64,000 nt of DNA from Octopus vulgaris (Eukaryota). This document shows, piece after piece, positions 14,690 through 28,109 of this stretch. The stretch covers positions 39,370,001 to 39,434,000 of the forward strand of contig OX597825.1 of NCBI GenBank assembly GCA_951406725.2, given 5' to 3'. The notes under the pieces were generated by a model. It was not told where the DNA came from. It did not search any database and was given only the letters and a program-made list of their open reading frames with translations. The position numbers and the translations under genes are program-made. Numbering within the stretch: position 1 is the first letter of the stretch; every line of letters begins with the position of its first letter.

Positions 14690-15340
14690 CTGAAACAAAA
14701 TTGGATACATACACCCGGTCTCCACCTCATATGATACCTGATCAAAAGCCTATCATATTGCGGCGAAATCCAAGATTGTTTGAGACATATCCAGATGGTC
14801 TCCTTGCATTCCTAACCCAGGATGAGTGTTGACTTCATAACTCTGAATTTAAGACAAAGAAACAATCCGTGGAAACAGTATTACTCAATACTCCAAGGAA
14901 GGCCAAGTTCATTTCACCTGCAGGACACGAGATGACCAGCTCGCTTTTGGGATTCAAAATGTGTTTTTGTTTAGAAAATAAATTCAAAATGGTCACACAA
15001 TCAATGGACGATACTAGCGAAACTGACGAAAGAGGCCTTATTTCATCAGGCAAATGCTCCAGTGCACAAGCCCTTGGTCTCAATGGATGCTGATCATAAA
15101 TATAGTTTTTAAGTGGTTGATAGAAGTGGCTATTCTCTTAATTTGGTCCCATCATCTGTTCCCCAACGTAAACAAAATACTTGGCTATTTGCTAGCTACG
15201 CATAAATGAGATGTCATATAGACTGTTGAATTTTTTGACCAACAGGATTAAAGCTTCTTCAACAATGGGATCGAAGAACGCCAATCGATGGAATAAATAT
15301 TTGAGCCACAAAGAGGTCGATGTGGAAAGATAAGCCTCAT
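14690..15340 (+). mobile_element. Highly decayed mariner fragment
   Basis: Remnants HLFPNVNKILG and FFDQQD*SFFNNGIE..RWNKYLSHKEVDVER* match a mariner C-terminus. Confidence 0.55.
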
Positions 15341-15361
15341 TTGGTCGCATTCCACCAGTGT

Positions 15362-16633
15362 TCGGGAGGTTACGCGAAAGGAATCGGAATTTTACAATAT
15401 TATTTTATTCACTTCTATGTTCACACATTTATCACCAGCAAAGTATTCTCCATTTGCAGCAATGCATCAGTCTACGAGTTTTCCACTGTTCTAAGCTGTA
15501 CTGGAAATCTTGCGAAGTGATGACTTTTAACGCCTCTGTCGTTTATTTTTTTTACTTCTTCCAAATTTGCAAAACGTTATCCTTCAAGGACATTTTTCAT
15601 TCGGGGGAACAACACAAAATCGGGTGTGTAGATAAGCGAGGTTATGCCATTTTTGATCAAAAACTTTCCAAATATCAAGATGGTATGCGTTTGCGCATTG
15701 TCGTGATGAAACAACCTCTCTCCACTTTTCCATTGGTCGGGGCGTTTTTGTTCCACCGCGTCTCGCAAGCGGTTCAGCACTTCCAGTTCTTCTTTCTCGT
15801 CGTAGACATAAAACATATATGCACAAATAGTGTGTAATATTTACATCTATTTCGCAAGAAGGAACAAATCCTGTGTGGACAATTACTTACGATTCGATGA
15901 AACAAATCAGCATTGTCTTGACACTTCACTTCACATGACGCACTTTGTTGGGGCGTAACACATTGAATGCTTCTATTGACTTGACTGCCTCTATGTTTCA
16001 AGGTCTTAGCCGTAGCACCATCTTTCATCACTAATGATAACCTTCGAAGAAGATCCGGATCGACGTCCATCTGTTCTTTCAGTTCATGACACGCATTCAC
16101 TTCTGACTGCTCTTGATCTGCCGTGAGCAAGCAAGGAACAAATTTTGTTGTATTTTTTTCAATTGCAATTCTACGCTCAAAATTGATAGGCAGCAGCTCC
16201 AGGACACACAAGTCATTTCAACAAGTACGTCAATTATTCGGAGACGGTCTTCCAAGATCAGTTAATGAATTTTCGTGAAGCTTTCATTCCTTCGGGACAT
16301 CGAGGGTCATCCTGAACGAAGTTGGTCTTCAACTGTTTTACTCATAGCAGCATCCTTCTAAGTTGTCTGAAGCAAGACAGCTATTTAGGCTGCCATTTTT
16401 CCCAGTGGAAAACAGAATTTCATTGAATCACGGGGTCCCTATGTGTCAGCCATCACAAATATGGATGAACAGGAGAGAAGCACAGCCAAAAAATGAGGCC
16501 CCACCTGGCAGCACGAATTCATTTTGGGACGCCGGTCAGCAGACTAACACTTGAGAGTTGCATCAAATGGCTTTTAGCAGTGAATGTTTGCTCCATAGAG
16601 AATGTTTCCAGTTACTTTTTAATACCGCTCGTA
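15362..16633 (-). mobile_element. Decayed mariner (DD34D), about 1.27 kb
   Basis: KFVPCLLT (WVPxxL motif) and VLNRLRDAVEQKRPDQWKSGERLFHHDNA. Right end reads ...TTCCAGTTACTTTTTAATACCGCTCG|TA; the left TIR is degenerate. Confidence 0.85.
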
Positions 16634-17399
16634 TCTTGTTCACATTATTAAGTTTTCAGCAGAACCTCGTACACACACACACACATACACACACCCACAC
16701 ACACACACACACATACACACACAAAATTATATATCCATATTAATTGTAATGATTCTTACGAATCTAGGAACTCAATCTGTAGGACTCCGAAAATGGCTAT
16801 GTATTATTATATAGAACTTACAGGAAAAGAAAATGCTGAACTCATCAAGTGCCTGAAAGATTTCGTATATATGCAAATACAATATCCAGTGAATAACTAT
16901 AGATTCATCTCCCCAGTCCTATCTTGTCGTAGACATAAAACATATATGCACAAATAGTGTGTAATATTTACATCTATTTCGATAATATTTTAATTAATCT
17001 TAGTCATTAAATATTATATCATAATGTTTAAAATTTTGGTGCAATTTGGAGAATTTGAAGGTGGAGTTTGAAATAGGCAATTAAGGAACAAAGATAAGAA
17101 AGCATATAATTAAGCAATGAGAAAAATATGTTGTGTCTATGTTGAATTAGGAGTCTATTTAGGTAAGTGAAATTATATTTTTTCTTTGTATGATTATATG
17201 ATTTGTTTTCTTTGCATCTCAATTGCTAGCTTTAAACGACACCTATTTCTCTTACAATTTTGCTTGTATGACTTAATACGCCACTAGTCACGCAAATATG
17301 TCCATCGATTTAAACATCATACCTATTTCGAAGTTTATCTGATGATAGAATGGTGTATATTATGATGTAGCTTTTTATGACTACATTAAATAAAATGCT

Positions 17400-18290
17400 A
17401 TCGAAACAGGACGGGTGACGTTCATTCTGAAGTTTGTTTGTGCTTACTCTTCTTTCCTAATGGTAAAATGACATTTCCTGATACATTTTTGACGTCAAAT
17501 TGTTTCACGTGAAGAGAGAGTGTGCTGGATCAAAAGAAATTGACTCAATATCTCGTGTGACTACCACTTTTTGTGCTTGAAGGAGGAAGAGTACGAGTAC
17601 TCTTTTCTCCCTGAAACTAACTGTTTCATGTCACTAATCTCGGTAGATGTGGACATTCTAGCTTCCACCGATTCGCCATTCTCCTTCTCCACTCTCTTCT
17701 CTATCTCTTCAGGCTTCTCTTTCTCCTCCCCTGACAATTCGTTGTTAAGCTTCTCTTGCTGCATGTTTGGTTCCTCTTGTGTTTCAGGTTGAAGGGGCTG
17801 GGGCACGTTTTCCTTATGTTCCCCTTCAGCCTGCACCCGAAGCATCTTGGAATTCTGTCCAGGACTGCGACTCTCAGTTTTTTCTCATCTGGCAGAATTA
17901 TAAATTCTGCTATTTCCTCCGGATCTGCTGATGTGGCTTGAGTTGTTGTACGTAAACTCTTACCACACGAGTTCTGCAGAATTTTCTCCTTGATATTGGA
18001 GCAAGCGGCTGCCAGAAGTGATACCGGTCTGATTTTGTGGGTAAACCTTTGATTGAAATTTTAGCGGTTCTTTTGCCGAGGTACTCTGTCAAGATTTGTA
18101 CCTCCACGGTACCGAATTTCTTCCCTCTTTTCACACAAGCCCAGTTGAACATATTAGGCATTAAAGCCTTTTCAATTTCGTAGATGGACGCTGTCTCTAT
18201 CTTTACTTTGAATAGATAGCGTACTTTACATTACAGTTCTTCTTGTTTCCTCTATGACTTCTTTGGGCGAGTTGACCTCACGTTAGCTCT
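17400..18290 (-). pseudogene. Decayed gag/ORF1-like coding region of a non-LTR-type element
   Basis: KRGKKFGTVEV..EYLGKRTAKISIKGLP, a degenerate knuckle (..PRCFGC..), an E/K-rich region and terminal VSGNVILPLG. Homologous to 49.8-50.9 kb. Confidence 0.65.
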
Positions 18291-18294
18291 CCAC

Positions 18295-19011
18295 TTTAGA
18301 ATTTAGAAATAGTAGCTGAAATTTATTTTCTACTACCGTTAAGATCTCCCAGACAGTAAAAAACCTTTTTTGTATAATTTTACCTACCTAAAAAGGCTAT
18401 TTTAACGTACCGATCTACATGGTAAAATTATTATTAATTAATTAATTTTACCCTTTTATTATTAATTTTGAAATTATAATTTAATCCCTGATCGAAAACT
18501 GCAGTTTCTGCGGGATTGCTCGTAACACACACGTGGGTATTGAGGTTAGATATGTGTTCACATTCGGCTGTATATGTTTGGAAGTGTTGGAAGTGTTGGT
18601 AAAATATCAGTTTTGCGATGGCACGCGATCGCATACATATTTGATACTAGCACCGTGAAATATATATTTGAAATACTGCACTGAAGATGGAAAATAAGTA
18701 TATAAATATACATTTACTTTAATCTCGAAACGCGTATGTAGATAACCTGAGTCGTGTGGATTCGTTATATTTTCTTTTTGCCGGTGTAAAAGTGTGTTAC
18801 TGTCTGGGAGATCTTTACATTATTAGAAAAATTTGAGCTCCTATTTCTACATTCGGTGCGTGGCGAAGCAATTACTGAGACCTAATTGTAACTGTTTATA
18901 ATTATAGAATATTTGTATAATTTTACCTAAAACGGTTCTTTTAACGTACCGATCTACTTGGTAAAATTACTAATTATTGATTAATTAATTAAGTTTACCC
19001 TTTTATTATTA
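18295..19011 (+). mobile_element. HHR unit of about 545 bp as partial tandem with a 5' inverted segment
   Basis: About 18370-18465 is repeated at about 18913-19011. About 18300-18360 is the reverse complement of about 18795-18855. The unit ends in (TA)n. Confidence 0.8.
18676..18741 (+). ncRNA. Type I hammerhead ribozyme
   Basis: CTGCA-CTGAAGA-...-GAAAC-GC-GTA-TGTAG, with the palindrome ACGCGT in stem III. Confidence 0.75.
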
Positions 19012-19171
19012 GTATATATATATATATATATATATATAAATATACAACAGTAAACAAGAGAGACAGAGAATGGCAGAAACAAGGAAAATGTCACATATAT
19101 TTGAACACTATACAAATATACTTAAAAAAAAAATTTTCTTTTAATTTTTCTAAATTAGATTTTTTTAACTG

Positions 19172-19214
19172 TTACAGTTGAAAAGGTCTCAAATGACCGA
19201 AACCGGTACTGAAA
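19172..19214 (+). ncRNA. Degenerate minimal hammerhead
   Basis: TTACAG-TTGAAAA-GGTC(TCAAAT)GACC-GAAAC-CG-GTA-CTGAAA. Stem II is perfect, but the core differs from CTGAAGA at two positions. Confidence 0.55.
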
Positions 19215-19256
19215 TGTTCTTTATAAAATTATTTTAGCATTTTTGATCTTGACTTG

Positions 19257-19339
<83 letters not shown>

Positions 19340-19341
19340 CC

Positions 19342-19389
<48 letters not shown>

Positions 19390-20059
19390 CATATAATGAA
19401 TAAATTCATTATAACGTCAACTTAACCGTTTTTGTAAACGCATCAGGTTTCCAAATGTCTCTCTCACTTTCGTTGCGATAAAAAACTTTATAGTCCATTA
19501 GCAAATATGTTAATGAAGCAAAATACCCTTAGTTCACTTCAAAACACGGCAGAGGTCGAACCTTGAATAGAGCAGCATCGACTATGAACCAGATGAATGA
19601 AACAGCTTGGAAATACAATTATGATTTGTCTATGCAGCAGAAATGTACACTGGACAGATTTAAATTAGATAAGCAGTATTATACACTGTAAAAATAATAA
19701 ATGACCAGTTCTATTAATGTCCCTATTCATTTTAACTGTCAAATTGTCATATATATATGTCTTTGTGTGTGTGTATGCACGTAGGTATATACATACATAT
19801 ATATATATACATGAACAGTTCGGACAAAATTAATATTCTGTGATGCACACCTTTTTTCAGATAAATTATCAGTCTTGTCGAATCATTTCTATATATGCAA
19901 AAGAAGGGAATCGCAAATATCAAGAATTACTTTCAATTGCAGCAATTAATTTTCTCTTATGCACAACTCTATTCAGATAAAGGATCAGTATTGTCGTACC
20001 AATTCTGTATATGCAAAACTAAGGAATCCTAAATATCAAGAAACAATTCCATTCGTATT

Positions 20060-20800
20060 GGAGCACATTCTCATTCAATGACCGCTCTCAAAACATTATT
20101 GTTTATACATTGACATAAAAATCCTTGTGGGCCATTCCTGACCAATCTATAAGTTTCGCAAATATTTATAAAGTTGCACTCATACACTAATATGGACTTG
20201 TGTAGAAATTGTCGGCATCTTCTAGGTCGCCTGGAATGCTTGTCTTCATAGAGGGCAGTAACAAGTGCGAGTAGACAGGACCAATCACATTACTATAAAG
20301 ATGTTCCATTTCAACCTTTTGATGAAACGCTGCCTTCACATATCTCCTTGTAAATTAAAACAGACTTCCTCGGTAATTTCAGTATTCTCAGGTTTCCAGT
20401 TGATACTTTATGACGGTTACTTAGAACAATTAATTTAAATGTAGCCTTGTCAAACAGAATTCAGTTTTGGTATGTGCACATCTACTTACTTTCTAAAGAA
20501 CTTCTCACAAAATTATCTTCCTGGAACGCCTAGACCATACTTCAAATGTACTTTTTCCAACGACTTCGCTTCAAGTTTAAATGGAGGCAATTCCTTTTGT
20601 TTTATATGTTTAAAACACTCCCCTGAAGTGTCTTTCTTCTTCCACTCAATTTTTAATCGTCCAGTAGCGTGCTTCTATCAGTGTTCTTTGTTGAAAGCTG
20701 AGTTTGACTCCTTTCATTATTTGTTATGCGTTAAGCTAAGAGGAAATCATAATTGAGTAAGCTGTCAGCAGTCTCATGTTTGGAATAATCTGTGTATATA
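20060..20800 (-). mobile_element. Very decayed Tc1/mariner (rosa/DD41D-like) transposase remnant
   Basis: DKATFKL..NRH..WKPEN (compare DEATFKLNGxVNRHNxxYW) and IGQEWPTR (compare WIGR..WPxRSPDL). Confidence 0.4.
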
Positions 20801-21559
20801 CGTGTGTGTGTACATATCTAAGTGTAAGCATGTCTAAAAGTGTACATTTGTAATATATTTGCACATATTTTGTATGGTTACGGAATTTTTGTTGATCTGG
20901 ATGCAGTTATTCGTTGACATACCCATGAATTATGGCTTCTCTAATCTATTTTCTATACATACGTGTTACTTCAATTTGTGATTGAATAAATTCTATCACA
21001 TTTTATAATCCTGTTAAGTAGAGACTGAAATTTGTTAGCGTTATATATATAAAATAAACATGCTGTTAATACATAAATAAGGCGAAATAATTGAAGTAGT
21101 ACGTTTAATATAGTGTATTTCACCAATACTAAATGTGACAAGTATAATGGAAACAATATATAATGTTACTAATATAAAGAGACCATATCTTTAGGGCTGT
21201 ATATAAATAGGATTGCATATATGTGTGTGTGTGGGTTTGTGTGTGTGTGTCTGCGTGTGTATGTTGCAGTATTTTATAGGTGTTCGATGTGTATTTTAAG
21301 AGGGGAAAATATTTGGAACATTAAATATTTTAAATCAATAAAAGCTTGAGATGATATGATTAGTGAAAGAGTAGAACAGAAAGGTCACTTAATTTTGTCT
21401 TCTGTACACATTAATACGAATAAGAAAAAAAACTGTGAAACCTGTAGACAATAGCTGACAGCACTTCAGTTTTCGAATTTACTGTTGATATTAACCTAGT
21501 AATTAGAGGTAGTGCATGGTAGAATCACTAGAGCATTATACAAAATTTGTAAGGTTGTT

Positions 21560-21760
21560 AGCTGGCAGAATTATTCCTACGCTTGGCAAAATGCTTAGTG
21601 GTATTTCGTCCGTCAAGTTCTGCGGTGAAATCTCACTGCGGTAGACTTTGACTTTCGGTGTCGATAACATAAATGTCACTTGATCACTGAGGTTAATGTA
21701 ATAAACTTAAACCCTTCCCCGAAATTGCTAGCCTTCAACACAAAATTTAAAAGCGATATT
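21560..21760 (+). mobile_element. Degenerate tRNA-derived SINE, same family as 39601
   Basis: GCTGGCAGAA...AAATGCTTAGTGGTATTTCGTC...GGTGTCGATAA matches the 39601 copy. Confidence 0.7.
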
Positions 21761-22451
21761 AATCCGGTGTTTTAGGGGTAATTGTTGACTCGTAAAACTT
21801 TTTAAAAATGTGCTGCAGAATTCTCGTAGATACAATTATATAGCGACGATTTTACTTCTTTTATCAATATAAGTATTATACTAAAGAAATATTTTATTTC
21901 TGGTATTATATTCAATTCGAAATCTTTACGTTTTTCTATAGTTAAGACATACGTAATCAGATACCACTTCCTATAAAACTCGTCAACCTAATTGAATTGT
22001 AAACATTTTGTTGGTATTTTTTCTTATATTTCAAGAATCGCAGTATCAATACTGATAATTCAAGTATTATTTATATCTCAAGTATTGCAGTATCATTTGA
22101 TTTCTCTTTATTACGTTTCGTCTATTTAAATAGTGCTCAAAATTATCACGATATTCTGCATAATTTCCGTTAAGGGAGATTCTTTCCTATTAATCACATA
22201 TATATTTTCTTATTTATCATTTTATTTTCCAACACTTATAACTAATTTTAATTAAGCCACATATGCGGATTTCGTTTTCGTGTATTTCTAGTACATGATT
22301 GAATAAATCGTTTAGATTAAATATTTGACGACTGACCTCACTTGAAACTATTTCACCTATGTAGATTGACTCTTTCTTGTTCTACATTAATGCATTCAAA
22401 TTGGATATATTTTGCTTTACCGAAATAAAATTATAATTTGGTTTATTATCA

Positions 22452-22600
22452 GCGGCTGTGTGGTTAGAAGTTTGCTTCCCAACCACATAATACCGGATTA
22501 AGTTCCACTGCGTGGAACGTTCGGTAGATGTCTCCGACAATAGCTTCGGACCAAAGTTTTGTGAATGGAATTGCTCAACGGAAACTAAAGCAAGCCTACC
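22452..22600 (+). mobile_element. Degenerate 5' half of the SINE family seen at 26664
   Basis: GGCTGTGTGGTTAGAAGTTTGCTTCCCAACCACAT...ACGGAAACTAAAGCAAGCC. Confidence 0.7.
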
Positions 22601-22708
22601 ATATGTATATGTGTGTCTGAAAAATATGAAAATATGTTTCTTTTCACTATTTATCCATGATGAACACTGGTAGAATATGTCTCTAAATCTTCTACACTAT
22701 ATATATGT

Positions 22709-22920
<212 letters not shown>

Positions 22921-22930
22921 TATATTTAAA

Positions 22931-23172
22931 TTATAAATAAGGGCAAACGAAAATATTTCTAATGCCAAATATGCTGAAAATTGGACATATTGTCCATTTA
23001 CAATATAATTTACATGAGAAATGGACAATATGTCCAATTTTCGGCATATTTGGCATTAGAAATGTTTTCGTTTGCCCTTATTTATAAGTTGTTAATAATC
23101 TAACTCTTAAAGGTATTTTTTAATATGCTGGCCATTGATAACATTTTTTTCGAAAAAATGTTATCCTACATT

Positions 23173-23175
<3 letters not shown>
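22931..23175 (+). mobile_element. Truncated fold-back copy of the HHR family at 60.2-60.9 kb
   Basis: Inverted arms of about 68 bp (22931-22998 and 23020-23087), then the same tail GGTATTTTTTAATATGCTGGCCATTGATAA as at about 60860. Flanked by (TA)n. Confidence 0.85.
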
Positions 23176-23258
<83 letters not shown>

Positions 23259-23290
23259 AAACATGTATATATATATACATATATATAAAC

Positions 23291-23383
<93 letters not shown>

Positions 23384-23388
23384 CATAT

Positions 23389-24386
23389 TGTTACGAACCT
23401 GCTGTCGCTCAAACTCTTCGGAAACCCGGTACCCTACCAAGTCGAGCGACAATGATTGATCGGCTCGATCGAACGGGGAATTCGCCACGGAAAGAGAGGA
23501 CCCGGTGGGGTTGGGGTGGCAGCGAACCCGGCAACCGGCGACCGGAGAGAACAACAACAACAACAGCAGGAAGAGATAGAGAGACGGCAGAAGGCAGTTG
23601 GCTTACATTTAAGAATAGTTTATAACAATTACGACATCAGATACATCAAAGAAAATACAAGCAACAAAATCAAAGCATTTAAACAGTTCACGTCCACTCA
23701 GAACAAATAATGCTCACATTAACGATACAGTTCAATGTTCAAATCACATGAAAGTATTTCTCTTTCTTTTTCTTTTACATTTCAACAACTCTTCTCCTTA
23801 ATTCACAATCTCTTTACAATTTTATTTCTTTTTCCTCTTTCCTTCTTTCTCTTTTTTTAGTTCAACAATTCTTTTCTTTATCACAACTCAGTTCTTTCCT
23901 TTAACAACTCTTTTTAACACAATTCACATCAAAACATAAACAACACAGACTGTTACATTTTCTAGTTACAACAATTTCAGAAACTCCCACTACGAATAGC
24001 CAATGCCTTCATGCCGTAATCCCTCTCTCTCGCTCCACATGTTCCCAATGCTTATCTGTCTGTCTTCCTCTACGCTGCCATCCTCTTGCTTGTCATCTCT
24101 CACATCCACTGTCTGTCTTTCACATTCACTGTCTCCGGCAGAACTACCTGTCACCAACTCCCTCTGTTCCCGACTGTCGACTGACTGACAAACTCTCAAC
24201 GCATCGCATTTTAAAGGGATGGTTCCTCGACCCTTTTTTGACAGGAACAAGGCCAAAGGTCTCCTCCGAATACATAAACCTCCCCAGAAACTGACAGAAC
24301 AAAATATTTACCCGTTTGCTTGACACTAGATCACAAAAGTAGGTCGCAGCACTCTTATTTTCTGAACTGAACTGACCTCCATATCA
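23389..24386 (-). mobile_element. Solo LTR of about 1 kb (Gypsy-like)
   Basis: TG...CA termini (TGTTACGAAC...CCATATCA), a 4-bp ATAT flanking duplication (weak evidence within TA-rich DNA), GC-richer than its flanks, and non-coding. The strand is a guess. Confidence 0.7.
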
Positions 24387-24399
24387 ATATATATATGTA

Positions 24400-25166
24400 A
24401 TATTAATCCTCGAGGATAATCCGCATTTCTTTCCCAAAATTTAATGATCAAATTCCCTACTGCGTACTATATACGAGGTAAAAAATGAAGAATATTTTCT
24501 AAGCAATGATCGAATCATTATTTGCTGTCCGACAATTTGTATTTAGACGCATTTTGTGATGTCGGGTGCGAAAATAACTTAAGCTAAGCATGAAAGCAAT
24601 GAAGTCATAAAAGAATCATCCATAACTTGCAGTAACATTTGTTAAACTAAAGGTATTCAGAACACAGGATAACATGTAACAAAACATTTTGCAAGCATAT
24701 TTATGTTCCCATATAACAGTTAAGAACATCACCATTATTGTATTACGCGTGCACGGAAGTGTTTGTTCGACTAGGTACTGCTGGCTTAATTACGCACGAA
24801 TTGTGCTTAATAGTTTAGCGCTAAATAATTCATCCTGCTGTTTGTATTGGTAGTTTGCGTCATTATCGTGGCAAACAATAGATACTTAATTAAATACCAG
24901 TATTAAACGTTTGAACTACCGTGGGTCTTTACTAGGGTTTTTTATAAGCAGGACTTAAACCTGTACATTAATCTCCAATAAAACATTTTATACATTACAT
25001 GCCCATAAAATGCTTCGTAGATCTTATTCAGCTATGTTTAAAACTGAAGTTATATCATATGCTGAAGAGCATGGTAATAGGACCGCCGGAAGAAAATTTG
25101 ATGTTGACGAAAGCAACGTCAGGTTATGGAGAAGAAATAAAGATGAAATTAAACAGATACCAAAGG
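24400..25166 (+). mobile_element. pogo/Tigger-like DNA transposon 5' fragment with a BrkDBD-type HTH
   Basis: MLRRSYSAMFKTEVISYAEEHGNRTAGRKFDVDESNVRLWRRNK from 25010, and a Tigger-like end AATCCTCGAGGATAATCCGCA..TGCGTACTATATACGAG. Confidence 0.8.
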
Positions 25167-25956
25167 TAAAGAAGATAATAATTAAGGACGTTACCGTATA
25201 CATTTTTACAAACCAAGGACTTCATATTGTCCTCTGCAATTGCAGTAAAGAAAATATTCCTGTTATGGTAAAAATGTGTAAAAACACCCTATTTCTTGAG
25301 TAGCGATATCTTTCAGGATTTCAGACACCAATGGTCGAAGCTAGTTGACTTTCATCAATCAGAAGTAACAGAGAGATTCAGCTCTGAACAAATCCTATAA
25401 AGCAATAAGTGAGAATTAGTGAAGACCGTCAAGTTCAATCTGTGTTTATGTTTGTGTACGGTTCTATGTGTGCCTGTATTTTATATTCTTATGAAAAAAA
25501 AAATGAATAAGAAAATGGAGCTTGTGAAGTTAATAAGAACTTATTATGAACCAGAAATCGAGCATTATCCCTTACAGTTATTTCATTAATGCACAGTGAA
25601 ATTAATTAAATATTAAGTTCATATTTCTGGGAATAATCTCTTTAGAAGGAAAAAACTTAGATGTTTTGCTTATTTGTATGTAGATTCATCACAGTAGACT
25701 GAATGATACTGTTTATGATGCATATTTGTAATTGTTTGGGCGAGACGTTTACAGGTTGGTTCGAGGTACGATAACGCAGGTAAATAGATTTGGAGCAATG
25801 GATGAATTGAATAGACATTATAGAGGAAATTTACAATATAAACAAGGTAACAAAATAAAACACATCTGTAAGTTGTGTATAAAGTTGAGAAAATTTGCAT
25901 ATATACAATTACACACATACACACACGTGCATGTATTCATCTGCACCTCCACACAG

Positions 25957-26006
<50 letters not shown>

Positions 26007-26487
26007 ACACACACACAGACATTCATATGTATCTGCATACATTTACACGGACACACATATCATCACACATACGTATATGCACGCTTATGCACATACATGC
26101 GTATGGATGAATACATTAGTACATATTCTTGTTGACCTATATATTTAAATATACATATACATACACACTCGTGCACACGTTTATACGCATACACACACAC
26201 ACGCATGCACACACACACACATATATAAATATATTTGTACATTTTTTTATTATTCATTACACCTAAGAAGAAATTCATATAGATCCATGTCGATCAGTTA
26301 AATTCGATTGTTTGGAAGAATTTGTAATAATAAGTAATACATACCCTATAGCATTTCTAGGGAAGTGATTATGCATAACGGTTCCTTAAATTGTTCTGAC
26401 AGAATTTACATGCGAGAATAATAAATGTCTACGTGTATATGCATGCAAGCGTAGCTAAAATGTAATGATGGGCATATATCTATATCT

Positions 26488-26518
<31 letters not shown>

Positions 26519-26605
26519 AACACGCAAAAATATATATACAAATATACATACACATATGCCTACATATATATACACATATATATAAATATATATAGATATA
26601 TATAT

Positions 26606-26652
<47 letters not shown>

Positions 26653-26663
26653 CGTACATATAC

Positions 26664-27070
26664 GCGCAGAAGTGGATGTGTGGAAAGTAGCTTGCTTAGC
26701 AGCTACATGGTTCCGGATTAAGTACCACTGACTCGCACCTTGGGCAAGTGTCTTCTACTATAGCCACGGGCCGGCCAGAGCCTTCTGAGAGGATTTTGTA
26801 GACGGAAACTGAAAGAAGCCGTTCGTATATATGTATATATATATGTGTGTGCGAGTATATGCTTGTGTGTTTGTGTTTAGGCTGCAACATTGCTTGACAA
26901 CCGATGCTAGTGTACTTATGTCCCCGTAACTTAGCGGTACGGTAAAAGAACCGACAGAATAAGTACTAGGCATACAAAGAGAAAATCCTGGGGTCTATTT
27001 GCTCGACTACAGGCAGTGCTCCAGCATGGCCAAAGTTAAGTGACTGAAACAATTAAAAGAGTAAAAGAGT
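26664..27070 (+). mobile_element. Full-length tRNA-derived SINE of about 410 bp (octopus OK-like)
   Basis: tRNA-like head, CACCTTGGGCAAGTGTCTTCTACTATAGCC, an internal TA/TG repeat, and tail CTCCAGCATGGCC..CTGAAAC..(TAAAAGAG)n. Confidence 0.85.
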
Positions 27071-27095
27071 ATACATACACAAAACCATGCATATG

Positions 27096-27128
<33 letters not shown>

Positions 27129-27732
27129 TTATGTGTGTGTGTATGTATGTATGTATGTATATACAGGCACTTACACACATTAGTATAATCACGCACAAGT
27201 GTACCCATGTACACATATAAATGCTTATGCACATACGCACGCACATATATACATACATATACATACATACACATAGACACATATATACGCACACAGGCAC
27301 AATTAACATACACAGTTAGGCTCTCGTATAGGCACTCGTCACATATATATATAAATATACATGCACACATGTATATACACACAAATACAGAAAAATACAT
27401 GCACACATACATATACACACGCCCATAACTGCATTCACGCCTATATAGGTATGGATATACTCCACACACACATACAAATGCAATTGCGCATGTTTAATTT
27501 AGTTCAGTTACATTTGAAAGAGTTATGTAAGAGGAGAAAGAATCGTGTAAGTTTTCGACCGGTCAAATATAAGTAAAATGTTACTAACGGCATGGTTACT
27601 TATATTACAAAAATATGTAGGATGGGTGAAGGTTATATAAATGTAATAGTAATTTTGATCTATGCACAGGATAAGCAAATAAGAAAAGTGCATATAAATG
27701 TATGTATATATATATTCATTTCATTTACACTT

Positions 27733-27802
<70 letters not shown>

Positions 27803-27815
27803 ATATACATATATA

Positions 27816-27876
<61 letters not shown>

Positions 27877-28109
27877 CACATATACACATACATAAATGTG
27901 AATAAAAAGGTATGTAGATTAGTAGTCACATATTGCTTTGGAAAGTATATTTGCGTATATATGTATGTATGTATGTATATAAACATACATATGTATTCTC
28001 TTGCATACATATATACATATATATGTCCACAAACACACATATATATATATTCATGCATACACATGTCTAAATACATAAACATAAATACAAACACATATAT
28101 AGGCATAAA

